From Flavobacteriales bacterium (lineage in GTDB: Bacteria; Bacteroidota; Bacteroidia; Flavobacteriales_F; PHOS-HE28): 64,000 nt of DNA. Position numbers and translations under genes: made by a program. This document shows positions 9,361 to 20,183 of this stretch, in pieces. Positions within the stretch are counted from its first letter, which is position 1; each line of letters starts with the position of its first letter. The DNA lies in contig JBGTAJ010000170.1 in assembly GCA_041749915.1 (NCBI GenBank), forward strand, positions 3,405-67,404, in the 5' to 3' direction. Under the pieces are notes generated by a model that was not told the origin of the DNA, searched no databases, and worked only from the letters and a program-made list of their open reading frames with translations.

Positions 9361-9405
9361 CGAAATTATCAATTTGTTCTATGTGAAAGGGGCGGATAAT
9401 TTCGC
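9361..9405. promoter_or_regulatory. perfect 10-bp inverted repeat CGAAATTATC-N25-GATAATTTCG in the oxyR/dps divergent intergenic region (candidate operator)
   Basis: 9361-9370 is the exact reverse complement of 9396-9405. It lies in the only AT-rich stretch between the oxyR ATG (9336) and the dps ATG (9411). Confidence 0.4.
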
Positions 9406-9410
9406 GGGCT

Positions 9411-9911
9411 ATGAGCAAGAAGAAGACGAAGACCAGCAGCCGGACCAATGCCATCGGCTTGGACCTGAAGCAGAGCGAAGGACTCGTGGCCTCCCTGAAC
9501 GAACTGCTGGCGACCTATCAGGTGCACTACCAGAACCTGCGCGGCTGCCACTGGAACATCACCGGTCCCACGTTCTTCGAACTGCACGCCAAGTTTGAGG
9601 AGCTCTACACCAAGGCCCAATTGGTGATCGACAACCTCGCCGAACGCATCCTCACCTTGGAGGGACGGCCCCTGCACACCTACAGCGCCTACCTCAAGGC
9701 CAGCGCCGTGAAGGAGCAACGCGACCTCACCGGTTCCAAGGCCACGGTGGCCTGCGTGATGGGCGACATGACGGTTCTCATCGCTCTGCAGCGAGGGGTT
9801 CTTACCTTGAGCGCAACGGCGGGTGATGAGGCCACGGCCACCTTGGTGGGCGACAACATCACGGCCATGGAGAAGGACCTGTGGATGCTGCGGGCCTATA
9901 GTGCCAATTGA
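9411..9911 (+). CDS. dps: Dps family DNA-protection / ferritin-like protein
   Basis: LNELLATYQVHYQNLRGCHWNITGPTFFELHAKFEELY is the typical Dps ferroxidase-site helix pair. The product is 166 aa. Confidence 0.92.
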   Translation: MSKKKTKTSSRTNAIGLDLKQSEGLVASLNELLATYQVHYQNLRGCHWNITGPTFFELHAKFEELYTKAQLVIDNLAERILTLEGRPLHTYSAYLKASAVKEQRDLTGSKATVACVMGDMTVLIALQRGVLTLSATAGDEATATLVGDNITAMEKDLWMLRAYSAN

Positions 9912-9916
9912 CCTGA

Positions 9917-12244
<2,328 letters not shown>

Positions 12245-12265
12245 GTCTTTGTGATACTCTGAGAA

Positions 12266-12298
12266 TGAAAAAGGCGGCCCCAGTGGGCCGCCTTTTTC
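12266..12298 (+). terminator. rho-independent terminator after katG (bidirectional A-run / T-run)
   Basis: aaaaaGGCGGCCC-cagt-GGGCCGCCttttt, an 8-bp GC stem flanked by an A5 and a T5 run. Confidence 0.8.
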
Positions 12299-12391
12299 AT
12301 GCAGTGGGTAGCGCTTTGGATCGGCCAACGGGAAGTGTAGGGCGCTTCCCCCGAAGTGTATGCACTATGCAAGGTGTAAAAGACTTCTTTA

Positions 12392-13171
12392 TCAACGATC
12401 ACTAAATCTGATCGAGCCGAAATCTTCTATTGTTTCAGTAATTGTAGTAGTCTTAGTTCCTTCACTTTCATCTTGATGACAGCAAGAACTGATCTTTTCC
12501 CTTTTTGGAAGAAACCAGTCCTTCAAACTTTCATTGTATTCAAAAGTTGTCGACTCTTCATCTTTACAGCAAGATCCAAAAAGTTGTTTGAATGTGATCT
12601 CATTATTGTGGATCTCGATGCTTCGATACGGGTCTCCAACTCCAGCACCACCGCAGTCCGAGCATTCAATAAGGCTGCTGTTCTGTTGGGCGACCTTAAG
12701 GACGAGAGGATCATCAGCTACGGCTTCAATGAGACAGACGGTCCTTTGTCCGGCTATGTCAATTAAAACAACGAGATCTCCTTTCTCGTCTTTATTTATA
12801 TCGCCACCTACCCAGTCCAAAATTTCAAAATCGGAAAAATCTGGTTGTAATGTCGATCTGATAATTGTTAAAGTGTCCTGTATCGATCTGACATCAATGG
12901 TTTCATTGTCAGAATTGTTATTCATTCTTGCTTCACATTCCAGTTCCTTCAGCCCTATATAGCTCATAAAACCACCCAGCTTGTCCCAGCATTGAAAGTC
13001 AGGATGAGCTTCAGCATTATACTCACAGGCATACACGCCAAATTGATATCGGTACAGTTGAGATTCAGAACAATAGCCTTCGTTATTGTATTCGAAAGGG
13101 ATGAACCATCCAGCAAGCATTAATAGAGTGATTACAAGAGGTGTAATAATTTTTAGTGTATGAGATTTCAT
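12392..13171 (-). CDS. hypothetical Cys-rich protein with an N-terminal membrane anchor or signal (orphan, low-GC)
   Basis: 259-aa ORF in the AT-rich insert. It has an N-terminal hydrophobic segment (IITPLVITLLMLAGWFIPF), 11 Cys including two CC pairs, and a GGDINKDEKGDLVVL Ca-binding-like loop. I recognise no family. Confidence 0.6.
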   Translation of the reverse strand: MKSHTLKIITPLVITLLMLAGWFIPFEYNNEGYCSESQLYRYQFGVYACEYNAEAHPDFQCWDKLGGFMSYIGLKELECEARMNNNSDNETIDVRSIQDTLTIIRSTLQPDFSDFEILDWVGGDINKDEKGDLVVLIDIAGQRTVCLIEAVADDPLVLKVAQQNSSLIECSDCGGAGVGDPYRSIEIHNNEITFKQLFGSCCKDEESTTFEYNESLKDWFLPKREKISSCCHQDESEGTKTTTITETIEDFGSIRFSDR

Positions 13172-13254
13172 TACTTATTGTGCTATATATATGATTGTAT
13201 CTTAGTCATATTTAGTTCTTCTTCGTTTGAAACGCGGGGTTCTGTAATCTTTTT

Positions 13255-13455
13255 CTATTGGGGAAGGTAGAGCCATAAAAGCGTACACAGGTCCAAGTTG
13301 TCCACAGGACGGCTGATCTTGCTGATGGCCTTGGTGCTGACATGGGTGTGGACCTGCCTGCCGGCAGGTCTCGGTCGTTTTGCTGGAGCTCTGCAAAGCA
13401 GGGTATCAATGTAGCGCACATCCGTGCCTTTCTCCAACAGGCCGGTCGCATGTGA
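13255..13455 (-). pseudogene. tyrosine recombinase (phage-integrase family) C-terminal fragment, frameshifted
   Basis: Minus-strand frames give LLEKGTDVRYIDTLL, then (shifted) QSSSKTTE, then (shifted back) VHTHVSTKAISKISRPVDNL. This matches the conserved integrase tail LLE.GTD.RYIQ.LLGHSS.KTTEIYTHVS, including the catalytic Tyr region. The N-terminal ~250 aa are absent. Confidence 0.7.
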
Positions 13456-13516
13456 GAAGGACTTCGTGAAGGCCTGGGTGAAGGTGATGGAACTCGATCG
13501 CTTCGATCGCGCTTGA
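13456..13516 (+). pseudogene. orphaned katG 3'-terminal fragment (direct repeat copy 2 plus its own stop)
   Basis: Reads [22 protein letters not shown] in the katG-equivalent frame. 13456-13507 is the repeat copy. It is followed by a strong terminator at 13575-13600. Confidence 0.7.
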
Positions 13517-13574
13517 TCGAAGGACCAATGCCGGGAATGGTGAGGGCACGGACCTGAACCGACGAAGGACAGAA

Positions 13575-13600
13575 GCCCCCGGAGCGATCCGGGGGCTTTT
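13575..13600 (+). terminator. rho-independent terminator (probable ancestral katG terminator)
   Basis: GCCCCCGGA-gcga-TCCGGGGGC followed by TTTT, a 9-bp stem. Confidence 0.8.
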
Positions 13601-13626
13601 CCGTGTCCTGCGATGAATGCCCTGTG

Positions 13627-14592
13627 CTACCGCACCTGCACCGTCGCGGTCACCGACTTCTCGCGTATGCCCTTGGGGTCGCTGCCCGTGACCAGGGCCT
13701 GCTGCACCACGGACAGGGGCCAGCCGCTGGCCTCCTCCAGCACGATGACCATCGAGTTGGTGACATTGAAATCGAGCTCGGCGATCTCGCGCTCCTGGCG
13801 TTGCAGGGTGCTATCGGCCGCACCGAAGGAGCTGCCCATCTTGCGCATCATGTCCGTCATCATCGACTTGAAGCCGCTGAGGTCCAGCAGCACGGAGCTG
13901 TGGATGTCGCTGCGGCCACCGGCGCCGTCGCTGTCCTGCAGCCAGGTCAGGGTGGTCTGGCTCACGCTGTCCCGCGGGTTGAAGGGGTTCGGCGCCGTTT
14001 CCACGATGCGCAGCGTGTCGCCCTGCACGAAGTCCTTGCCGAAGGGGAAGAGCAGGTAGTTGATCTCCGTGGACATGTACGCCTCGATGTTCTCCTTGCT
14101 CTCGAAGGCCTGCTGGAGGGGCGCGAAGACCAATGACAGGAAAGGGGCCACATCCGGGTCCTTCTTCTTCACCGTGGTGGTGATGGCCTTGATGCCCTTG
14201 TCCATGAAGGCCTTCGCCTCCTTCCAATTGGTCAGGTCGGCCTCGCCGGTGACCTTGTCCACCCTGTACTTCAGCTCCAGGTCCTGGTAGGCCTTCAGTT
14301 CCTCGTCGATGCGCTCATGGAACTCGGCGGCCATGCGCATCGCCACATTGGCATACCGCACCTCCAACATGTAGCTGTCGGCATCCTCGCTCAGCACCTT
14401 GAAGTGAGTGTCCATGCTGTAGGTGCTGTCCTCCTCCACCTCGCCGTACTTCATCTCCACCTCGTGCCGGGTGGTGGTGGCGGTGCGTTCATCGCCCACC
14501 TTCCAGTGCGGGGCGAAACGGGTAATGGTCTGTGCATGCGCTGTTGGTGAGCAAAGCACCAGGGCGAAGAAGGGGAGGAGGAAACGATGCAT
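13627..14592 (-). CDS. hypothetical secreted protein
   Basis: The ATG at 14592 gives the signal peptide MHRFLLPFFALVLCSPTAHAQ. It has normal coding composition and no family I recognise. Confidence 0.7.
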   Translation of the reverse strand: MHRFLLPFFALVLCSPTAHAQTITRFAPHWKVGDERTATTTRHEVEMKYGEVEEDSTYSMDTHFKVLSEDADSYMLEVRYANVAMRMAAEFHERIDEELKAYQDLELKYRVDKVTGEADLTNWKEAKAFMDKGIKAITTTVKKKDPDVAPFLSLVFAPLQQAFESKENIEAYMSTEINYLLFPFGKDFVQGDTLRIVETAPNPFNPRDSVSQTTLTWLQDSDGAGGRSDIHSSVLLDLSGFKSMMTDMMRKMGSSFGAADSTLQRQEREIAELDFNVTNSMVIVLEEASGWPLSVVQQALVTGSDPKGIREKSVTATVQVR

Positions 14593-14721
14593 GGGAGGAA
14601 GGGTGCCGGCCTGTTCGATCGGGTGCAGGACACCTGGACCACGGATCGGCAGGGGCGAAGGTAGACCAGTGGTTGGGGCAACTCCGTACAAGCCTGTGGT
14701 CAGGAACATGCGCTCCAGTCC

Positions 14722-16311
14722 TCACTCCACCACCACCCGCTCGTTCCGCTGCCCATCGGGGTCGGTGATGCGAAGGATATAGGTGCCACGGCCGAAGCGG
14801 CTCAGGTCGATGTCCTCCTCGGTGCCGCCAGCAGGCAGGGGCCGCTGGTACAGCAGGCGGCCGGTGGCGTCGAGGACGGAGTAGTAGGTATCGCGCTGCA
14901 GCGGGTCGGGGAAGGAGAGAGTGAAGCGGCCGGTGTTGGGGTTGGGGCGGATGGACGGCTTGCGGCGTGTTCGCGGGTCTTGTGGCGGTAGGTTGGTCGT
15001 GAAGGTGCAGCCGTCGTAGGTGGTGAAAATATTCGGGTCTAGGATGCTGTCGTTCACCAAGATCGTCGTTGCCGTGGCCAGACTTGTAGTGCTTGTCAGT
15101 ACAAAGCTGCTGTCCGCCGGGAAGAGATCAGAGACCTGCAAGGGGTTCGGATGCTCTAGGCAATCGAACCGGCCCAAGGAATCCGTTTTGTAGATGAATT
15201 TGCTCGCATCTCCTGGCAGATCCCCATAGATGAGCCCGCTGAGCATGTAGCTCCCATCCGAATGGGCGAGCAGGTCCTGGGCGATGTAGACGTATCCATT
15301 CTCTCCCACTGCGCGCGTCCACAATGTGTCGCCATTGGTGTCGGTCTTCATCAGGAAGGGGTGGTAGTTGAAATTGTTCTGGGGTGCCCCAAGAGTAGCG
15401 AGCACGGCGTACTGTCCATCCAGCGTTCTTCTGATCTTCGACGGTCTGCCAGTGTACCACAGGAAGGGTGTGCTGTACCACCCCTTGCACCATTGCACCT
15501 CTCCATCGCCATCAAGTTTCATCATGAAAAGCTTGGGCTGAAAGGTGGGCGGCAGTGGCTCGGTGAAGAGCACCTGTGTGCTATCGGTATAGCCGGTGAT
15601 GATGAACGAATCGTCCGACTCGATCAAGGCGTCGTGGATCATGCCCCCGGGGCGCATGTAACTCTTGCTCCAAAGGAAGTTGCCGTCTGCGTCCATGCGG
15701 GCCACCACCACTCCCGCAGTATCCATGTTGATACCAGCGAGCAGATCACCGTTGGGCAGTTCTTTGATGAACTGGAAGCCCCCAGAGCGCTCGATCTTTC
15801 GCGTCCAAACAGGTTCCAAGAGACTGTCGACCCGTAGGGCATAGAAGGTTTTCTCTCGGCCCCAAGTAATGACGCCTTTGTCGTTAGTTACTTCAAACCT
15901 GCCTGGTGTTGCATTGCAGATGCCGTTGTTCAACTCATACTTGCGCGCCATTTGTGTGCTTCCCAGCGTATCCATCTTGCCGACCACCGGATGCAATAGG
16001 CTGTTGGAACCACTGGATGGGCACGTCGTGGCCTGCGTGGCTGTAGTAAAGAGAAGTTCATTGGGCGACACCATTTTCAGCGTCTGCACCCCATACGTGC
16101 CGCCGCTATAGATGACGCTCACATGCTGCACATGCCCTTCTGGATCCATAAATACGGTCTGACCCAAGGGTGCAATAATGTTCTGGCCCGGCAATACATT
16201 CAGATCGAATGTGTAGCTGGTCGCCGCCGTAATGAGCCTCATGAAGGTCGGCTGCGCATGCGCTGCGCAGGTCAATGCGAAGGCGAAGGCAAAGAAGCTT
16301 GTTGCTCTCAT
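14722..16311 (-). CDS. T9SS C-terminal sorting domain protein (repeat / beta-propeller-like body)
   Basis: The ATG at 16311 gives the signal MRATSFFAFAFALTCAAHAQ. The C-terminal ~80 aa (IRPNPNTGRFTLSF...GTYILRITDPDGQRNERVVVE) is a typical type-A T9SS CTD. Confidence 0.8.
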   Translation of the reverse strand: MRATSFFAFAFALTCAAHAQPTFMRLITAATSYTFDLNVLPGQNIIAPLGQTVFMDPEGHVQHVSVIYSGGTYGVQTLKMVSPNELLFTTATQATTCPSSGSNSLLHPVVGKMDTLGSTQMARKYELNNGICNATPGRFEVTNDKGVITWGREKTFYALRVDSLLEPVWTRKIERSGGFQFIKELPNGDLLAGINMDTAGVVVARMDADGNFLWSKSYMRPGGMIHDALIESDDSFIITGYTDSTQVLFTEPLPPTFQPKLFMMKLDGDGEVQWCKGWYSTPFLWYTGRPSKIRRTLDGQYAVLATLGAPQNNFNYHPFLMKTDTNGDTLWTRAVGENGYVYIAQDLLAHSDGSYMLSGLIYGDLPGDASKFIYKTDSLGRFDCLEHPNPLQVSDLFPADSSFVLTSTTSLATATTILVNDSILDPNIFTTYDGCTFTTNLPPQDPRTRRKPSIRPNPNTGRFTLSFPDPLQRDTYYSVLDATGRLLYQRPLPAGGTEEDIDLSRFGRGTYILRITDPDGQRNERVVVE

Positions 16312-16438
16312 GGCTCTTGGGATGTGCGCTTGCGCCGTCCTTTGAATTCCCATCCAAGGTAACTGTTCATCGCTTTGTGCAGCACGGACCGACTCCGCAT
16401 TGCCGCTCGCTTGCATCGAAGCTCCCACCTTTGCAACC

Positions 16439-17020
16439 ATGCTCGGCCTCCAACTCCCCACCGACCCGCGCTGGGCGGCACTCGTCCGCCAGGACCTCGC
16501 TGAACTGCTGACCGACCATGCCTGGTGTGAGCAGAAGGCGGCCAGCAATGCCATCAGCATGATCGTGCGGCATCCGGAGCTGAGCGAGCTGGTCAGCGAG
16601 CTCACCCGCATCGCGCAGGAGGAGCTGGACCATTTCGGCCAGGTGCTGCAGAAGATCCACGCCCGGGGATGGACACTGGGCCCGGAGCGCAAGGACAATT
16701 ACGTGAACGAGCTGATGCAGTTCGTGCGCAAGGACGGCGGCCGGGAGGAACGCCTGGTGGACCGCCTGTTGTTCAGTGCCATGATCGAGGCCCGCAGTTG
16801 CGAGCGTTTCAAGGTGCTGACCGAGGAGGTGCAGGACCCCGAACTGCGCAGCTTCTACCGCGAACTGATGATCAGTGAGGCCGGTCACTACACCACCTTC
16901 ATCGGCTTCGCCCGCCAGTTCGGGGGCAAGGTGGATGTGGATGCCCGCTGGAAGGAGTTCCTCGCCTATGAGGCGGAGGTGATCGCGCGCTACGGCACCG
17001 CGCCGACCATGCACGGGTAG
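16439..17020 (+). CDS. miaE: tRNA-(ms2io6A)-hydroxylase MiaE (di-iron)
   Basis: DHAWCEQKAASNA, EELDHF, MIEARSCERF and SEAGHYTTF correspond to the ferritin-like ExxH di-iron motifs of MiaE. The ATG at 16439 is preferred over the TTG at 16400. Confidence 0.85.
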   Translation: MLGLQLPTDPRWAALVRQDLAELLTDHAWCEQKAASNAISMIVRHPELSELVSELTRIAQEELDHFGQVLQKIHARGWTLGPERKDNYVNELMQFVRKDGGREERLVDRLLFSAMIEARSCERFKVLTEEVQDPELRSFYRELMISEAGHYTTFIGFARQFGGKVDVDARWKEFLAYEAEVIARYGTAPTMHG

Positions 17021-17055
17021 GGCAGGGGTCGGACGCTCAGATGATGAGATGATCA

Positions 17056-17076
17056 GATGATGAGTTGCTCATCATC
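17056..17076 (+). terminator. hairpin after miaE (no T-run)
   Basis: GATGATGAG-ttg-CTCATCATC, a 9-bp perfect stem. It is preceded by the 12-nt direct repeat TCAGATGATGAG (17037-17048 and 17053-17064). Confidence 0.3.
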
Positions 17077-17210
17077 GAAGGATGTCCGTGTTGCGCCGGA
17101 CCGTGCGAGGTACTTGGTCGGCCTTGGGGCGGGCGGTGGGTCCTGCGGTTGAACAGGATCGCCGGAGGACGTGTTGTTTTCCGCAACTTCACCGCCCCAT
17201 TCCTGAGATC

Positions 17211-20123
17211 ATGCGCCATACGCTCCTGCTTGCCCTGTCCTTCCTGGCGGCCACCACGCTGTTCGCCCAGCGGTCCTACACCTTCACCACGGTGCCCGGC
17301 GACCCGCTGGAGGCGCGGATCTACACGCTGGACAACGGCCTGCAGGTGTGGTTGAGCCGCAACCCCGATGCCCCCCGTGTGCAGACCAACATCGCGGTGC
17401 GCGCCGGCAGCAAGAACGACCCCAGTGACGCCACCGGCCTGGCCCACTACCTGGAGCACATGCTCTTCAAGGGCACCAGCAAGATCGGTACGGCCGACTG
17501 GGCTCAGGAGCAGGTGCTGCTGAAGCAGATCAGCGACGCCTACGAGCAACGGCGCGGCACCACGGACGAGGCCGAGCGCGACGCCCTCTACCGCCGCATC
17601 GACAGCCTGAGCCTGCTGGCCTCGCGCCATGCCGTGGCCAACGAGTACGACAAGATGGTGAAGCGCATCGGCGCCCGGGGCACCAACGCCTATACCAGCA
17701 ATGAGCGCACGGTGTACATCAACGACATCCCCAGCGACGAACTGGAGAAGTGGATGATGCTGGAGAGCGAGCGTTTCCAGGAATGCGTGCTGCGCCTCTT
17801 CCACACCGAACTGGAGACGGTGTACGAGGAGTTCAACCGCGGCCAGGACAACGACGGGCGGCAGGCCTACGCGAAGAAGAACGCCCTGCTGTACCCCATG
17901 CACCCCTATGGCACGCAGACCACCATCGGCACCGGTGAGCACCTGAAGAACCCCAGCATGGAGAAGATCCACCGCTTCTTCGAGACCTGGTACGTGCCCA
18001 ACAACATGGCCGTGATCCTGGCCGGCGACATCGACTACGACCGCACCGTCGCCTTGGTGGACAAGCATTTCGGTGCCTGGAAGCGCGGGGAGGTGCCGGC
18101 CTTCACCTTCACGCCCGAACAGCCCATCACGGCACCGGTCACCGCCGAGGTGTTCGGTCCGGAGGCCGAGTGGGTGGACCTCGCCTGGCGCTTCGAGGGG
18201 GTGAACAGCGACCACGGCATGATGCTGCAGCTCATCGACGGACTGATGAACAACGGCAAGGCCGGGCTGATGGACCTGAACGTGATCCAGGCCCAGAAGG
18301 TGCTGGACGCGTATGCCTTTGCAAGCACCATGACGGACTACAGCGAGTTCGGGCTGCACGGCGAGGCCAAGGAGGGGCAGACGCTGGAGCAGGTGCGCGA
18401 CCTGCTGCTGGCACAGCTGGAGGAACTGAAGAAGGGCAACTTCGAGGACTGGCTGATCGAGGCGGCGGTGAACGACATGAAACAGCGCCAGATCCGCTTC
18501 TGGAACGAGAACAACAGCCTGCGGGCCAGCGCCATGACCGATGCCTTCATCCTGCAGAAGCCCTGGAAGGACGTGGTGGAGCTGCATGAGCGCATGGGTC
18601 GCATCACCAAGAAGCAGGTGGTGGACTTCGCCAAGGCGCACTTCGGCGCCAACTACGTGAGCGTGATGAAGCGCACGGGCGAGAACAAGGACGCCCACAA
18701 GGTGTCGAAGCCGAAGATCACGCCCATCGAGATCAAGCGGGACGGACAGAGCGCCTGGCGTACCGAATGGGAGAAGGTGCCCAGCGCTACGCTCGCCCCC
18801 GAGTTCATCGACTTCAAGAGCGCCATCGCCCGCCGCACGCTGAACAGCGGGGTGGACCTGGCCGTGGTGAAGAACCCCACCAACGACCTGTTCAGCCTGC
18901 GCTACATCCTGGACATGGGCACGGACCACGACCGCGAACTGGAGGTGGCGCTGGAATACCTGCCCTACCTGGGCACCTCACGCTACACGCCGGCCGCGTT
19001 CCAGCAGGAACTGTTCAAGCTGGGGCTGTCCATCAACGTTTCCGCCAGCGAGGACCGTTGCTTCGTGACCCTGAGCGGGCTGGAGCAGAACCTGGCCCAG
19101 GGCGTGGACCTGCTGGAGCATTTGCTGGCCGATGCCCAGGCCAACGAGGAGGCCCTGAAGGGACTGGTGGCCGACATCGGCAAGGCGCGCCAGGATGAAC
19201 TGAAGAACAAGAGCGCCATCCTCCAGGGCGGTCTGCTCAACTACGCCAAGTACGGCCCCACCTCCTCGTTCAACGATGTGCTTTCCGCCGAGCGGCTCGC
19301 TTCGCTCACCAGCGCTGAGCTGGTGGACCGCATCCACGGCCTTACGGGCTTCCAGCACAAGGTGTTCTACTACGGCCGGATGGAGCCCGATGCCGTGGCC
19401 CCCGTGCTGAAGAAGGCCCACCGCACACCGGCCACCCTGAAGCCCTATCCCGCGCCACGCCGCTATCCCGAACTGGCCACCACGGAGAACAAGGTCTACT
19501 TCGCCGATCACGACATGGTGCAGGCCGAGATGCTGCTGGTGAGCAAGGCGGAGGCCTTCGACGTGGAGAAGATGCCCTATGCCGCGCTGTTCAACGAGTA
19601 CTTCGGCAGCGGCCTCAGCAGCATCGTGTTCCAGGAGATCCGCGAGGCCAAGGCCCTGGCCTATGGTGCCAGCGCCAGCTACACCACGCCGGCGAAGCAG
19701 GAGGATGCCCACTACGTGCGGGCCTTCATCGGCACCCAGGCCGACAAGCTGAACGATGCCGTGGCCGCCATGCTGGTACTGATGAACGACATGCCCATGG
19801 CCCGCGAACAGTTCGAAGGCGCCAAGACCAGCGCCCTGAAGGTCATTGCCAGCACCCGCATCACCAAAGAGAACATCTACTGGACCTGGGATGCCGCCCA
19901 ACGCCGGGGGCTTGACTATGATGTGCGGAAGATGAGCTACGAGCGCATCCCGGCGATCACCCTGGAGGACATGAAGACCTTCTTCGATAAGGAGATCAAG
20001 GGGCGGCCCTACCACTACTGCGTCATCGGCAAGGAGTCGGCCATGGACCTGAAGGTGCTGGAGAAACTGGGTCCGGTCACGCGCCTGGACAAAAAGCAGT
20101 TGTTCGGCTTCGCAGAGGAATAG
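17211..20123 (+). CDS. large M16 (insulinase) family zinc peptidase
   Basis: The ATG at 17211 gives the signal MRHTLLLALSFLAATTLFAQ. It has the zinc motif HYLEHMLFKGT. At 970 aa it is a tandem two-unit M16 architecture. Confidence 0.9.
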   Translation: MRHTLLLALSFLAATTLFAQRSYTFTTVPGDPLEARIYTLDNGLQVWLSRNPDAPRVQTNIAVRAGSKNDPSDATGLAHYLEHMLFKGTSKIGTADWAQEQVLLKQISDAYEQRRGTTDEAERDALYRRIDSLSLLASRHAVANEYDKMVKRIGARGTNAYTSNERTVYINDIPSDELEKWMMLESERFQECVLRLFHTELETVYEEFNRGQDNDGRQAYAKKNALLYPMHPYGTQTTIGTGEHLKNPSMEKIHRFFETWYVPNNMAVILAGDIDYDRTVALVDKHFGAWKRGEVPAFTFTPEQPITAPVTAEVFGPEAEWVDLAWRFEGVNSDHGMMLQLIDGLMNNGKAGLMDLNVIQAQKVLDAYAFASTMTDYSEFGLHGEAKEGQTLEQVRDLLLAQLEELKKGNFEDWLIEAAVNDMKQRQIRFWNENNSLRASAMTDAFILQKPWKDVVELHERMGRITKKQVVDFAKAHFGANYVSVMKRTGENKDAHKVSKPKITPIEIKRDGQSAWRTEWEKVPSATLAPEFIDFKSAIARRTLNSGVDLAVVKNPTNDLFSLRYILDMGTDHDRELEVALEYLPYLGTSRYTPAAFQQELFKLGLSINVSASEDRCFVTLSGLEQNLAQGVDLLEHLLADAQANEEALKGLVADIGKARQDELKNKSAILQGGLLNYAKYGPTSSFNDVLSAERLASLTSAELVDRIHGLTGFQHKVFYYGRMEPDAVAPVLKKAHRTPATLKPYPAPRRYPELATTENKVYFADHDMVQAEMLLVSKAEAFDVEKMPYAALFNEYFGSGLSSIVFQEIREAKALAYGASASYTTPAKQEDAHYVRAFIGTQADKLNDAVAAMLVLMNDMPMAREQFEGAKTSALKVIASTRITKENIYWTWDAAQRRGLDYDVRKMSYERIPAITLEDMKTFFDKEIKGRPYHYCVIGKESAMDLKVLEKLGPVTRLDKKQLFGFAEE

Positions 20124-20183
20124 GGTCGGACGTGCGATCTTCGCGGCCTGTAAGCGTCGGGCCATCAACCACCGACCCTCACC

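Noticed and set aside
17037-17076. The 12-nt direct repeat TCAGATGATGAG x2 plus a GATGATGAG/CTCATCATC hairpin, with a similar TGATGATG..CATCAT hairpin at 27071-27089 after rimO; considered as a dispersed repeat family (REP/MITE-like)
   Set aside because: There are only two short, imperfectly related copies in 64 kb, and both sit at gene 3' ends. The simplest reading is ordinary factor-independent or weak terminator hairpins. A genome-wide count would be needed to claim a repeat family.
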